A DNA stretch of 64,000 nucleotides from Candidatus Iainarchaeum sp. (GTDB lineage: Archaea > Iainarchaeota > Iainarchaeia > Iainarchaeales > GCA-2688035). The notes beneath the pieces were generated by a model. The model had not been told where the DNA came from. It saw only the letters and a program-made list of their open reading frames with translations, and searched no databases. This document shows, one piece after another, positions 52,950-62,501 of this stretch; the first letter of the stretch is position 1, and each line of letters opens with the position of its first letter. The position numbers and the translations under genes are program-made. The stretch covers positions 2,778 through 66,777 of the forward strand of contig JAFCCO010000006.1 in the NCBI GenBank assembly GCA_017610175.1, read 5' to 3'.

Positions 52950-54269
52950 TTATTCTTCTTTGGGCGGGAACGAATCCATTGAAATCCGCTCATTAATTTC
53001 CCCGCGCAAATTTTGGCCCATAAGCTCTGCAACCTCGGACTTTTTGTAATTTGCCAAAAGCCAAGCAAGCTTAACAAAAGCGGTTTCAGGAAGCAGGTCC
53101 TTGCAGTAAACCACTCCAATCTCTGAAAGCTTTCTGATATTTGTGTAAATGGACGGATGCACACTGCCAAACAGGCACTGTGATGTCATGCATACCACAC
53201 ACCCGCTTTTTATGAGATTTTTTATTGCCTTAATGTTGTCCTCGAATTTTTTTATTGTAACAGTTGTGTGCCCCAACCCGGTTCCTTCAATCACAAGTCC
53301 TTTGTACTTGTTTTTTCTGAAAAAATCAATTTCTATAAGTTTCATTGAAGGATGGGATTTTAGAAGCCCCACTTTTTCCTCGAACTTTGGCATTGCCTTA
53401 AATGTGCCGCGCTTTTTTGCATAATTCTTTTTCAGGAAATTTATTTTTCCCGATTTGTAATCAACAAGGGCTATTGGACTATCATTCACTGCCTTGAACG
53501 CATCCCTTCTGCTTGTGTGCATTTTTCTTGTTTTGCAGGCTGGCAGTACAGCGCATATTTCATCGTCTGTTGAATGGTGCATGCATATTGCGACCCCTGC
53601 AAAATCAGTTTTTGCAATAAACTTTGCCGCACAAATAAGGTTCATTGCAGCATCACTGCTTCCCCTGTCCGAGCTTCTCTGCGCCCCAACAAGCATTACC
53701 GGAACCGGGCAATTCTCAAGTGCAAAGGAAAGTGCTGCGGCTGTGTAACCAAGTGTATCGGTTCCGTGCCCTAAAATAATTCCCTTTGCCCCTTTTTTTA
53801 TTTCCTTTTCAATGGCATTAACAAGTTTCCCGTAATATGCAAAATTCATGTCTTCTGACATTATGTTGCTTACAAGTGTGCTTTCAAAGTTTGCTATCTC
53901 CTCCAACTCAGGGAACATTGTGAGCAAATCATCTGCACTGAATGCAGCAATGACTCCGCCTGTTTTATAATTGACTCTGCTTGCAATTGTGCCGCCTGTG
54001 TGGAGAATACTAATTGAGGGCAGGCCTTTTTTCTCCTCAACTTTTGCTGTTTTTGGTTTCCCCACCGTTTTGCCCTTACTTTTCTTCTTAACAGATTTTA
54101 TTTTTTTGATGTCAATTTCGGTGTTGTATCCACTGTTAAGCTTTAGCGCAATTAATGAGTCTGATTTGGAGGGCACAATGGTGCCAATGAGCAGGTCATT
54201 GCCCACTGAGAGCTCTATAATGTCTCCTTCTGCAATTTTGTGTTTATTTAGAAAAGCACTTTTCTTCAT
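52950..54269 (-). CDS. gatD: Glu-tRNA(Gln) amidotransferase subunit D (asparaginase-like)
   Basis: ILHTGGTIASRV…ILGHGTDTLGYTAAALSF…, 439 aa with an N-terminal extra domain. Confidence 0.95.
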   Translation of the reverse strand: MKKSAFLNKHKIAEGDIIELSVGNDLLIGTIVPSKSDSLIALKLNSGYNTEIDIKKIKSVKKKSKGKTVGKPKTAKVEEKKGLPSISILHTGGTIASRVNYKTGGVIAAFSADDLLTMFPELEEIANFESTLVSNIMSEDMNFAYYGKLVNAIEKEIKKGAKGIILGHGTDTLGYTAAALSFALENCPVPVMLVGAQRSSDRGSSDAAMNLICAAKFIAKTDFAGVAICMHHSTDDEICAVLPACKTRKMHTSRRDAFKAVNDSPIALVDYKSGKINFLKKNYAKKRGTFKAMPKFEEKVGLLKSHPSMKLIEIDFFRKNKYKGLVIEGTGLGHTTVTIKKFEDNIKAIKNLIKSGCVVCMTSQCLFGSVHPSIYTNIRKLSEIGVVYCKDLLPETAFVKLAWLLANYKKSEVAELMGQNLRGEINERISMDSFPPKEE

Positions 54270-54447
54270 GAGTATTCACTTAAAAGCAGGGCACAAATTA
54301 ATTTTAACCTATCGTACTTCGTTAAGTGCGATTGTTGTTTAGATTTTTTAAAACCCGTTTGCATTTCTTGGGTTTTTTTGCCGCAAATAATTACAAAATA
54401 GGGCATTTTAAATATTCAAATGTTCTATATTACTGTAGAGTGATATC

Positions 54448-55347
54448 ATGTTTTCTCCCGCAAAATCTCTTTTGAGGAAGGCTTCCAGAAAGGGTTATGC
54501 TGTGCCTGCGTTTAATACCTCCAATTTGGAGGTTACTGCTGCATTGTTTGAGGCTGCTGAGAAGGCAAAGTCTCCCTTAATGATTCAGACAACAGAGTCA
54601 AGCATTAGGTATGCCGGCTTTGAGAATTTGTTTTCAATTATTTCAACTTTTGAAAAGCGGGCGGGAATTCCTGTTTGCATTCACCTTGATCACGGCAAGG
54701 ACATGAACATAATTAAGAAGTCACTTAAGTTCGGCTACAAGAGCATAATGATTGACGCTTCAAAGTATTCATTCAAGAAAAACATTGCAATCACCAAGAG
54801 GGTTGTTGCTATGGCGAAGAGAAAGGGGTGCAGTGTTGAGGCTGAAATCGGGACTTTGGGGCGGCCTGGCAAAGGGGATTTTACGGTGCCTGATGAAGCC
54901 TGTGAGTTTGTTGAGCGCACCGGGTGCGATTCCCTTGCTGTTGCGATTGGAACAAGCCACGGGGCGCACAAGTTTAAGGGAACCCCAAAACTTGACCTCC
55001 AGCGGTTGAAGCAAATTAATGAGGTTGTAAGTATCCCGCTTGTTCTTCATGGCGCAAGTTCAGTTCCAAAAGGGATTGTTAACAACGCAAACAGGTATGG
55101 CGCGGCAATAAAACGTGCAAAGGGAGTGCCTGAGGGGCAAATAAAGAAAGCAATAAAGCTTGGAATCGCAAAGATAAACCTTGACACTGACTTGAGGTTG
55201 GCATTTACGGCATCGCTTCGCGAATTCCTTAAGAAAAACCCTTCACAATTTGATCCAAGAAAGTATCTTGCAAGTTCGGAGGACGCAGTCAAAGAGCTTG
55301 CTTTGGGGAAAATGGCTTTGTTTGGAAGTAGGGGCAAGGCAAGATGA
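54448..55347 (+). CDS. fba: Class II fructose/tagatose-bisphosphate aldolase
   Basis: YAVPAFNTSNLE…IHLDHG…MIDAS…VEAEIG…AVAIGTSHG…LVLHGASS. Confidence 0.9.
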   Translation: MFSPAKSLLRKASRKGYAVPAFNTSNLEVTAALFEAAEKAKSPLMIQTTESSIRYAGFENLFSIISTFEKRAGIPVCIHLDHGKDMNIIKKSLKFGYKSIMIDASKYSFKKNIAITKRVVAMAKRKGCSVEAEIGTLGRPGKGDFTVPDEACEFVERTGCDSLAVAIGTSHGAHKFKGTPKLDLQRLKQINEVVSIPLVLHGASSVPKGIVNNANRYGAAIKRAKGVPEGQIKKAIKLGIAKINLDTDLRLAFTASLREFLKKNPSQFDPRKYLASSEDAVKELALGKMALFGSRGKAR

Positions 55348-56042
55348 AGGTTGTCGCACTTTTCTCTGGCGGAAAGGACAGTGTCTATGCATTGTTTAAC
55401 GCAATTAATACCAATCACTCAGTTGTTGCATTGCTTACGGTGAAGTCTTCAAACAAAGAGTCTTTCATCTACCATCTGCCTGCGGTTGGCTTAACCGAAT
55501 ATTCTGCGGAGGCAATCGGGCTTCCGTTAATTGTCGCTGAAACAAACAAGAAAAAGGGATCTGAACTTGAAGTGCTTGAGCGTGCACTTGCGGATATGAA
55601 GGAGAGCGTGGGTATTGAGGGCGTTGTTTCTGGTACAGTGGCAAACCAAAACCATAAAGAAATTGTTGATTCAATTTGCAAAAAGCTTGGGCTTAATCAC
55701 ATTGCCCCGTTGTGGGGCCGCAATAAGGCTGAACTTCTTGTGGAAATGCTGGGGGTTGGTTTTAAGATTGTGATTGTAGGGGTGGCTGCAAAGGGGCTTG
55801 GAAAGGAATTTCTTGGAAAGATTGTTGATGACACCGTGCTTGACAAGCTGATTGAACTTAAAAGCAAGTTTGATGTTAACGTTGCAGGGGAAAGCGGTGA
55901 GTTTGAAACTCTTGTTGTTGACTGCCCGCTTTTCAAAAAGAAGATTGTAATAACTGAAAGTGAAATAGAGTGGGAAGGTTCCTGTGGGGAACTTATTGCA
56001 AAGAGTGCCAAACTTGTCGAAAAAAGTTCTAATTCATTATAA
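55344..56042 (+). CDS. Dph6-like N-type ATP pyrophosphatase (MJ0570 family, diphthine-ammonia ligase-like)
   Basis: MKVVALFSGGKDS…PLWGR…GESGEFETLVVDCPLF. ATGA overlap with fba. Confidence 0.8.
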   Translation: MKVVALFSGGKDSVYALFNAINTNHSVVALLTVKSSNKESFIYHLPAVGLTEYSAEAIGLPLIVAETNKKKGSELEVLERALADMKESVGIEGVVSGTVANQNHKEIVDSICKKLGLNHIAPLWGRNKAELLVEMLGVGFKIVIVGVAAKGLGKEFLGKIVDDTVLDKLIELKSKFDVNVAGESGEFETLVVDCPLFKKKIVITESEIEWEGSCGELIAKSAKLVEKSSNSL

Positions 56043-57915
56043 TCTGTGCGTAATCGTTTATTACATTGCCAACATCAACGGTGTAATCTGTAAGATCCCT
56101 ATATTGTCCGCCTCCACTTACTGCCATGGATTGCAGGTAAGGTCCCATTGGAACAAGACCCACACGCATTGAGTGCACAACAACCCCGTCTGCGTGAAGT
56201 AGGGCTGCTTCATTGTTGGGGTCAAATGTATTGCCCTCGCTTTCCCCGTCCCCGATTAGTACAATGCATTTTTTTATGGCATCCGGGCTCCATTTGAAGC
56301 TTCCCCGCACCGCATTGAGGACATCGCCCCATCGCTCATCCCATCCGTTGCTGTTTATTGTGCCGATTGTGTAAATAAAGCTTCTGTTGCGTTTTGTTGC
56401 CTCTTTGCCTAGGCGAGTCACAAGGCTGTTTGCAAGATCAAGGTAGGATGTCATGCTGCCGCTGTCGTCTATTATAAAGCGGCATTCAACGGCAGAGCCC
56501 CCATCCGGGTTTACAACTTTCTTTATGAGTGTGCTTGGCGGCATGAGGCCTGGCAGGGTTTCTGTTGGGGGCTTCTTTGGCGGTTCGGGCTTTGGAGGCG
56601 GCAGGTTAATTGTAATTTCAGCTTTGTTGTTTTCATAATTTGTTTCAACAAGCTTTTTGTCTGCGTTGACTATTACGGTTATGCTGTGTGTGCCAAAATC
56701 CAGATCAAGTGCAATTTTTTTCTCAATCTTGCGTTCTGAATCATTTATGTTGTCTGCGTCAATGTTTTCATTAAACAGTTCACGCTGGCTTCCCTGTCCA
56801 TAGTCCTTAAATATCTGGATTGAAAAATCTGACTTTGTTGCGGTTTTGCGTAAATTAACAATGTTGAAGCTAATTATTGCGTCGGCATTGTTTAGGTCTG
56901 TTACTGCAAGGTCGATTGGGCAAAGGCTTTCGTCCAGAAATACTTCCACAAGATTGGTGCCCAGGCCGCTGGTTACTGCAAGTTTGAGGTCAACATCCAC
57001 GGTTTCACTGCCAACCATTATGCTGCTTATGTTTGTGGTTACTTGCTCTTCACATTGGCTGCTTAGAAGGCAGCTTTCGCAGCTGCAATTGGTTTTGCAT
57101 TTTCCAAACTCAGTCCACGGTTGTGTGCATTGAGTTGCAGAGCAGCCTCTTGAACCCGTTGCTTCAAATTCAAGCGTTTGTTTTTCGTAGCCGCCGTTTT
57201 CACCTTTTATGAAGAGGTCAATTTCATATTTGCCTGGGTAGCCCGCATTTATTTCGATTGTTTTTTCAAGTTTTTCCCCTGCATCAAGTTTGTCAAAGCT
57301 CTCTTCCACTAAACCTTTTCCAATATAGCGCCGTTTCCACTGTGTTCCCTCCAAATATCTTTCGTAAAGTTCGGCCTTAATTTCCCCTGAAAGCATTGAT
57401 ACCCGTCCTGAATTTTTAATTTCAAGTTTCAATTTTGCAGGCCCTTCTGCCAGGTTTATTTCCTTTTGTATTTCTGCTTTCTTAACTTCAACTTGTGCGG
57501 GCTTTTTTCCTAAATATATTTTGCAAACAAAAATCGTATTTTCATATGTGCATCTTGTTGTTGTTTCAATGTCAATGCGTTCCTTTACCTCAACGTATCT
57601 TTCGCTCCATGCGACTTTGTTTGTGCAGTTTTCGTCCCTTTGGCCAATATCACAGCACAGCACCCCATCATTGCATTCGAATGCAACACTTCTGTTGTCA
57701 GAATCAAATGTTGCGCCTGTCATAACTATTTCGGGAAAGGTTGCATTTTCAGTAATTCCTGTTCCGCGGCTTGTTTCCGCCACCGCAAGATTTTTGGTTA
57801 GAAGATCAATCGGGTCAGTTGTTCTGAAGAAGAAGGGTTGAATAACCGCGAAGAATACTGCGAGAATTGCAACCGCGGCAAGGGCGTAAACAAGCAGTTT
57901 GAATGGTCCGTCCAT
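56029..57915 (-). CDS. Large Cys-rich surface protein: N-terminal TM, CARDB-like middle, C-terminal vWA domain
   Basis: TM LLVYALAAVAILAVFFAVI, pattern 'KLKLEIKNSGRVSM', Pro-rich linker PPPKPEPPKKPP, and MIDAS-type FIIDDSGSM…VLIGDGES. Confidence 0.7.
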   Translation of the reverse strand: MDGPFKLLVYALAAVAILAVFFAVIQPFFFRTTDPIDLLTKNLAVAETSRGTGITENATFPEIVMTGATFDSDNRSVAFECNDGVLCCDIGQRDENCTNKVAWSERYVEVKERIDIETTTRCTYENTIFVCKIYLGKKPAQVEVKKAEIQKEINLAEGPAKLKLEIKNSGRVSMLSGEIKAELYERYLEGTQWKRRYIGKGLVEESFDKLDAGEKLEKTIEINAGYPGKYEIDLFIKGENGGYEKQTLEFEATGSRGCSATQCTQPWTEFGKCKTNCSCESCLLSSQCEEQVTTNISSIMVGSETVDVDLKLAVTSGLGTNLVEVFLDESLCPIDLAVTDLNNADAIISFNIVNLRKTATKSDFSIQIFKDYGQGSQRELFNENIDADNINDSERKIEKKIALDLDFGTHSITVIVNADKKLVETNYENNKAEITINLPPPKPEPPKKPPTETLPGLMPPSTLIKKVVNPDGGSAVECRFIIDDSGSMTSYLDLANSLVTRLGKEATKRNRSFIYTIGTINSNGWDERWGDVLNAVRGSFKWSPDAIKKCIVLIGDGESEGNTFDPNNEAALLHADGVVVHSMRVGLVPMGPYLQSMAVSGGGQYRDLTDYTVDVGNVINDYAQIIMN

Positions 57916-58167
57916 TTAGCTCCGCCTCCGGCGCGGTTTTGCTTCGGCGTGGAGAGTCCACTGCAATAATTTTGTTAATAGGGCTGCAACAATTGCGCCG
58001 ACCAGGAACAGAATTGCAAGTTCTTCAATGCGGCCCGTTCTCAGGAAAGGCAGGGTAAAGTCACCGCTCCAGTCTGTCCACGCAAGTCTTACAAAAACCA
58101 CTATTGCAAAGGCAACCAGTACGATTACAACGCTTTTGGTGGAGAGCAGAATGTGCTTTAATCCCAT
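57916..58167 (-). CDS. Small two-TM membrane protein abutting the vWA gene
   Basis: Its stop codon abuts the ATG of 56029..57915 (TAAATG). Two hydrophobic helices and a basic tail (KPRRRRS). Confidence 0.4.
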   Translation of the reverse strand: MGLKHILLSTKSVVIVLVAFAIVVFVRLAWTDWSGDFTLPFLRTGRIEELAILFLVGAIVAALLTKLLQWTLHAEAKPRRRRS

Positions 58168-58255
58168 GCAGTTTATAAGGGCAGAACTAGTATAAAAAAA
58201 TTCCTAGGCTCTTTTTGCAAACTTATTTAATCTCGTTTGCCCTATTTTCTTTTAC

Positions 58256-58531
58256 ATGGTGGGTATTAGGGATCTTGAGAATGAAATAGCCCTGATTAAG
58301 GAACGCAATGCATTGGTTGAGTCTGACAAAGCGTGGGAAACAAGTATTTTAAGGAGGGGTTTGCTCACACTTTTTACCTATCTTGCGGGGGGGGGGGGTT
58401 TTTATCTTAATGCAATAAACATTTCACAGGCCTGGCTTAATGCAATTGTGCTGGCTGTTGGATTTATGCTTTCCACTCTTACTTTGCCTTTTTTTAAGTT
58501 CCTTTGGTTAAACCACGTATTCAAAAAATAG
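58256..58531 (+). CDS. Small membrane protein containing a poly-G tract
   Basis: N-terminal amphipathic helix plus two TM helices. A G12 homopolymer at 58387-58398 encodes GGGG. Confidence 0.35.
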   Translation: MVGIRDLENEIALIKERNALVESDKAWETSILRRGLLTLFTYLAGGGGFYLNAINISQAWLNAIVLAVGFMLSTLTLPFFKFLWLNHVFKK

Positions 58532-58537
58532 CCGCTC

Positions 58538-60379
58538 TTACTCTGCTTTCACATGCTTTTGTGCCTTGAACATTGAAACAACTTCTTTTGCTGTTGTGGC
58601 TTGTTCAGGGGTCTTGTCGCTTCTCAGTTTAATCATTCTTGGGAATCTCAATGCAAGCCCTGCCTCTTTTTCCCTTGCGGCTGTGTGCATTGGGCTCTTT
58701 GTTATTTCGTCTGCAATTACCTCTATTACATATTTTGGCAAAACCCAAAAGTCCGGCTTTATTTCACATTCAACGCGTGCCGGTTTTCCCTTGCTTTGAA
58801 TTTTGCTGAGTATTTTTTCAAGTTCAGTCAAATCGTCTTCCTTCATCCCGGTTCCAATCTTTGCAATGCTTTGGAATGAATCGCTTTTCTTGTTGTAAAT
58901 TGCGGTAAGGAGCGCGCCCAGCCCAAACTTTGTTCTCTTTCCCTTTCCCTTAAAGTAGCCGATTATTGCAACGTCCACGCTGTCTGTAAGTTCGCCCTTG
59001 TAGCTTCTCTTTAATTTTATCCATGCAAACTTTCTTGCCCCCGCAATATAGCTTGCGTTTAGGTCCTTTGCAATTATTCCCTCCAGCCCCTTTTCCACAT
59101 TTTCCTCAAAGAACTCGTCTATTTCCTCCGGATTGTCGGTGGTAATTGATTTGGTAAGTTCTATTGCATCCCCCTTTGCAATGAGGCCATCGAGTATTTT
59201 TCGCCTTTCCTTAAAGCTTTCCCCCATTACGTTCTTTCCCTCCAAATACATTACATCGAAAACGAACAGTTTCAGCGGGAATTCCTCTGCCATCTTCTTT
59301 ATTTCATATTTTCTTTTTCTTTGGATTGTTACCTGGAAGGGCTGGAATTCTTCGCTTTGCTCGTTGAACGCAAGTGCTTCTCCCTCTATTATTGCGTCCT
59401 TTGCCCTAACCTGCTTTTTAATTCCCTCAACAACTTCGGGGAACATTGGGGTCATTTCCTCCATTTTTCGGCTGAAAATTCTTATCTTGTCCCCTTTTTT
59501 GTGAATCTGAATACGGAAACCATCATATTTTGCTTCTACAGCGCACTTTCCAAGCTTTTTCACAATCTCTTTGGCTGAGGGAAGCCTTTCTGCAAGTGTT
59601 GGCCTTATGGGAATTCCGGGCTCAATTTTTACATCGTCCAATCCCTTCAATCCCTTTTTCTTCAAAAGCTCTGCGATAAATCCAAGGTCCGGCTTGATGT
59701 TATATTTTTCCTCAATAAGTTCCCTGATTCGCATCTTTGCCTTTCTGGCAAGCTCTTCTTTTCTTTTTTCTTCCTTTTTTTCCTTGAGCTGTTTTTCAAC
59801 CTGTTTGAATTCTTTTGGAAGAAATTTTTCAAAGTTTGAAATCAGGTTTATTGCGAACGCGTCCATAAATGTCGGGTCTCCAACTCCAAGGCGAAGCCTC
59901 TCCATTGGGACACGGGTTATGAATTTTGCCTCAAGTGGTGAGGCACTGTTTAAGAGTTCTGCGAGAAGCTTTATTTTTAGTTCCTGGCTTCCCCTTCCTG
60001 AGGCTTTTGCAATTTTCAATAAGTTTGCGAAAACTTTTTTGAGCGAGAGTTTTTCACTGAACAGGGCGCGCTGCTTTTTTTTGGAGATTAGTTCCTGTGC
60101 AACGAGCCCCAGGTCTCCGAGTTTTTTGTAAGTTGCATTTACTTCTTTGCGGGGGTAGCCGCTTATTTTTGCGATTGATTCCTCAATATAGTTTTCGCCC
60201 ATCCCCACATTTATGGATTCATAGCTTGGGCCAAGCTGCCCCTGAAGCAGGTAAATTAGCCAGGGTATTTCCGATTCAGGTGTTTTTTCAAAAAATTCCG
60301 CCAGCAGTGAGGTCATTTCAAGCCTGGATGAAGCATTTTCCAGGGTTTCAAAGAGCTTTGCGGCCTTTTCAAAATCCAT
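58538..60379 (-). CDS. lig: ATP-dependent DNA ligase (Lig1-type)
   Basis: EAKYDGFRIQIH (adenylation Lys), EGEA, LFVFDVMYL, EGIIAK, WIKLK, and an OB domain, 613 aa. Confidence 0.95.
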   Translation of the reverse strand: MDFEKAAKLFETLENASSRLEMTSLLAEFFEKTPESEIPWLIYLLQGQLGPSYESINVGMGENYIEESIAKISGYPRKEVNATYKKLGDLGLVAQELISKKKQRALFSEKLSLKKVFANLLKIAKASGRGSQELKIKLLAELLNSASPLEAKFITRVPMERLRLGVGDPTFMDAFAINLISNFEKFLPKEFKQVEKQLKEKKEEKRKEELARKAKMRIRELIEEKYNIKPDLGFIAELLKKKGLKGLDDVKIEPGIPIRPTLAERLPSAKEIVKKLGKCAVEAKYDGFRIQIHKKGDKIRIFSRKMEEMTPMFPEVVEGIKKQVRAKDAIIEGEALAFNEQSEEFQPFQVTIQRKRKYEIKKMAEEFPLKLFVFDVMYLEGKNVMGESFKERRKILDGLIAKGDAIELTKSITTDNPEEIDEFFEENVEKGLEGIIAKDLNASYIAGARKFAWIKLKRSYKGELTDSVDVAIIGYFKGKGKRTKFGLGALLTAIYNKKSDSFQSIAKIGTGMKEDDLTELEKILSKIQSKGKPARVECEIKPDFWVLPKYVIEVIADEITKSPMHTAAREKEAGLALRFPRMIKLRSDKTPEQATTAKEVVSMFKAQKHVKAE

Positions 60380-60451
60380 GTATAAAGTAATGAATGAAGT
60401 TATTTAATAGGTTAATTTTGGGAAAAGAAGGGGGTGCTGCGGCAGCATAGT

Positions 60452-60718
60452 CTAGAGTGCCGCCGCAAGCAATTTTTCCCCTTCATGTGCCTCCTTGAGT
60501 GCGAGGTATTCGTAGGCTTTCTGAAGCGTAAGAATTGCTTTGGGTAAATCACTGGTATTTAGCGAGTTGCTTGATTTCCACTCGCCGTCCTTGTCCTTGT
60601 AGCTTCTTTGTATTGAAACTGTATTGAATTTTGCACCTTCCTTTCCGTCATTCTCCCAAATCGCGACCTGAACCGCGCCGGCAGAAAATTTCTTTACTGG
60701 ATTACTCATCTCCCCCAC
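60452..60718 (-). CDS. PC4/YdbC-like putative ssDNA-binding protein
   Basis: VQVAIWENDGKEGAKFNTVSIQRSYKDKDGEWKSSNSLNTSDLPKAILTLQKA matches the PC4 pattern (…IRE-Y-x-D-x-x-G-E-x-K…-L…W..L). Recognised by eye only. Confidence 0.45.
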   Translation of the reverse strand: MGEMSNPVKKFSAGAVQVAIWENDGKEGAKFNTVSIQRSYKDKDGEWKSSNSLNTSDLPKAILTLQKAYEYLALKEAHEGEKLLAAAL

Positions 60719-60978
60719 CTCCTTGTGAGATGAAACTTTGTAAGCCTTAAGCTATGCTAAGAAGCCCGCGTAGGCTTTTAGCAGTCCTTTTTGTTTCCAC
60801 AAACCTGCACAATCTGAATGCAACCATTTTCTATCACCTCTGCAATAGATTGCGCGCGGCGCTATTTAAAGGCCACGAAAGAGAGTGGATTTCCACTAAT
60901 ATTTTCCCTGTAATTGCTTCCGGTGTTTTTCTGCAGCGGCACTAAAACTATTTAAACAACCTTGAACTTTATTTTAAC

Positions 60979-62364
60979 ATGCCTAAGCTCCCACTGCCCT
61001 CTGGAAGACGTGTTGGAATAATCCATTCCCAGCTTTTGTGCATTGACGGGGTCTCACTTGAAACCGCAAAGTGGCTCAAAGCCTATAGGGCACTTGGGGA
61101 CAAGGTTTTTCTTGTTGCGGGAAAGTTCTGCACAGAGCCAAAGGTTCCCTACAAAGTGATTCCGGAGCTTGCGCTTGACCACCCGACTGTTGCGGCAATA
61201 AAGAAAATGGCTTTTGAGGCTCCGCTTGATGACGAGGAAATAAGGGCACTGCGCGGTTTGATTAATTCAACAGCGCGAAAGATAAAGCCCCAGCTCAAGG
61301 AATTCATTCAGCGCAACGGAATCAATGTTTTAAGCATTGAAAATGTTCTTGCAATCCCCGCAAATATTCCGCTTGGTGTTGCGCTCAAGGACATAATTGA
61401 GGAGCTAAACATTCCAACCATTATGAGGCACCACGACTTTTTTTGGGAGAGAAGCTATTACATCAAGTACAACAATGTTCCGGACATTCTTGGAAAGGCC
61501 TTCCCGCCAAAACTGAACAGGATTAGGCATGTTACAATCAGCAAGGTTGCACAGCAGGATTTTTTGAGATGGACAGGGGTTGACAGCATGGTTATTGAGA
61601 ACGCGGTTGACTTTTCAAAAATCGCTTCAATTGACAATTACAACAAGGACTTTAGGAAAGAATTGGGTGTTGAAAAGGCACAGCTGCTTTTGCTTCAGCC
61701 GACAAGAATTATGGAAAGAAAGCGTATTGAACGGAGCATTCAGTTTGCTGCAGAAATCAACAAGGCCTACAAGGACAAAAACAAGTGTGCCCTGCTAATC
61801 ACTGGCCCCACAGCCGGTTCTGAAAGCAAGGATTACTTTGAATTGCTTGTTAAAACGGCAAGGGGGCTTTCTGTTGATGTCATCTTTGGCTCGGACCGAA
61901 TTTACCTGCACCGAATGGAGCGGGATGGAAAAAAGATTTACAGCATTGACGACGCTTACGCCAACTCGGACATGATTTGCTTTCCAAGTGATATTGAGGG
62001 CTTTGGGAATGTTGTTATTGAGGCCGCGGCTTACAAAAAACCACTTTTTGTAAACAATTACCCTGTGCTTCGTGAGATTAAGTCAAAGGGATTTGATTTT
62101 ATTGAAATGAACGGAACTCTTGACAAGCCTGTAATTGACCTCGCTTTGGCAATTCTCAAAAACAAAAAAAAGCGGGAGGAAATGATGGAGAAAAATTTTG
62201 CTGTTGCCCGCGAACACTACTCAATTGAGGCACTTGAGGCCCATCTTGAGCAGATTACCAGTGAAGTTGACAAATGGACCTTTGAAAGGATGGTTTCAGA
62301 AATAAATGCGGCCATTTACCGGATTACACACAGCATGATGGACCTTATTTTTAGGAAAAAATAG
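60979..62364 (+). CDS. GT4-family (GT-B) glycosyltransferase
   Basis: …LLQPTRIMERKRIERSI…FPSDIEGFGNVVIEAAAYKKPLFV… (E-x7-E-type motif region). Confidence 0.8.
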   Translation: MPKLPLPSGRRVGIIHSQLLCIDGVSLETAKWLKAYRALGDKVFLVAGKFCTEPKVPYKVIPELALDHPTVAAIKKMAFEAPLDDEEIRALRGLINSTARKIKPQLKEFIQRNGINVLSIENVLAIPANIPLGVALKDIIEELNIPTIMRHHDFFWERSYYIKYNNVPDILGKAFPPKLNRIRHVTISKVAQQDFLRWTGVDSMVIENAVDFSKIASIDNYNKDFRKELGVEKAQLLLLQPTRIMERKRIERSIQFAAEINKAYKDKNKCALLITGPTAGSESKDYFELLVKTARGLSVDVIFGSDRIYLHRMERDGKKIYSIDDAYANSDMICFPSDIEGFGNVVIEAAAYKKPLFVNNYPVLREIKSKGFDFIEMNGTLDKPVIDLALAILKNKKKREEMMEKNFAVAREHYSIEALEAHLEQITSEVDKWTFERMVSEINAAIYRITHSMMDLIFRKK

Positions 62365-62501
62365 GCCCATGGAATGGTTTAAATAGGTTTCTTAATCCAA
62401 ATCTAATTGATTCAATATGACAGGTGAATGTCTTCCAGTACTCTGATTTTACTTTTGCATATTCACCGGAACGTATTTTAATCCTTAATTCGGTAAAAGC
62501 T

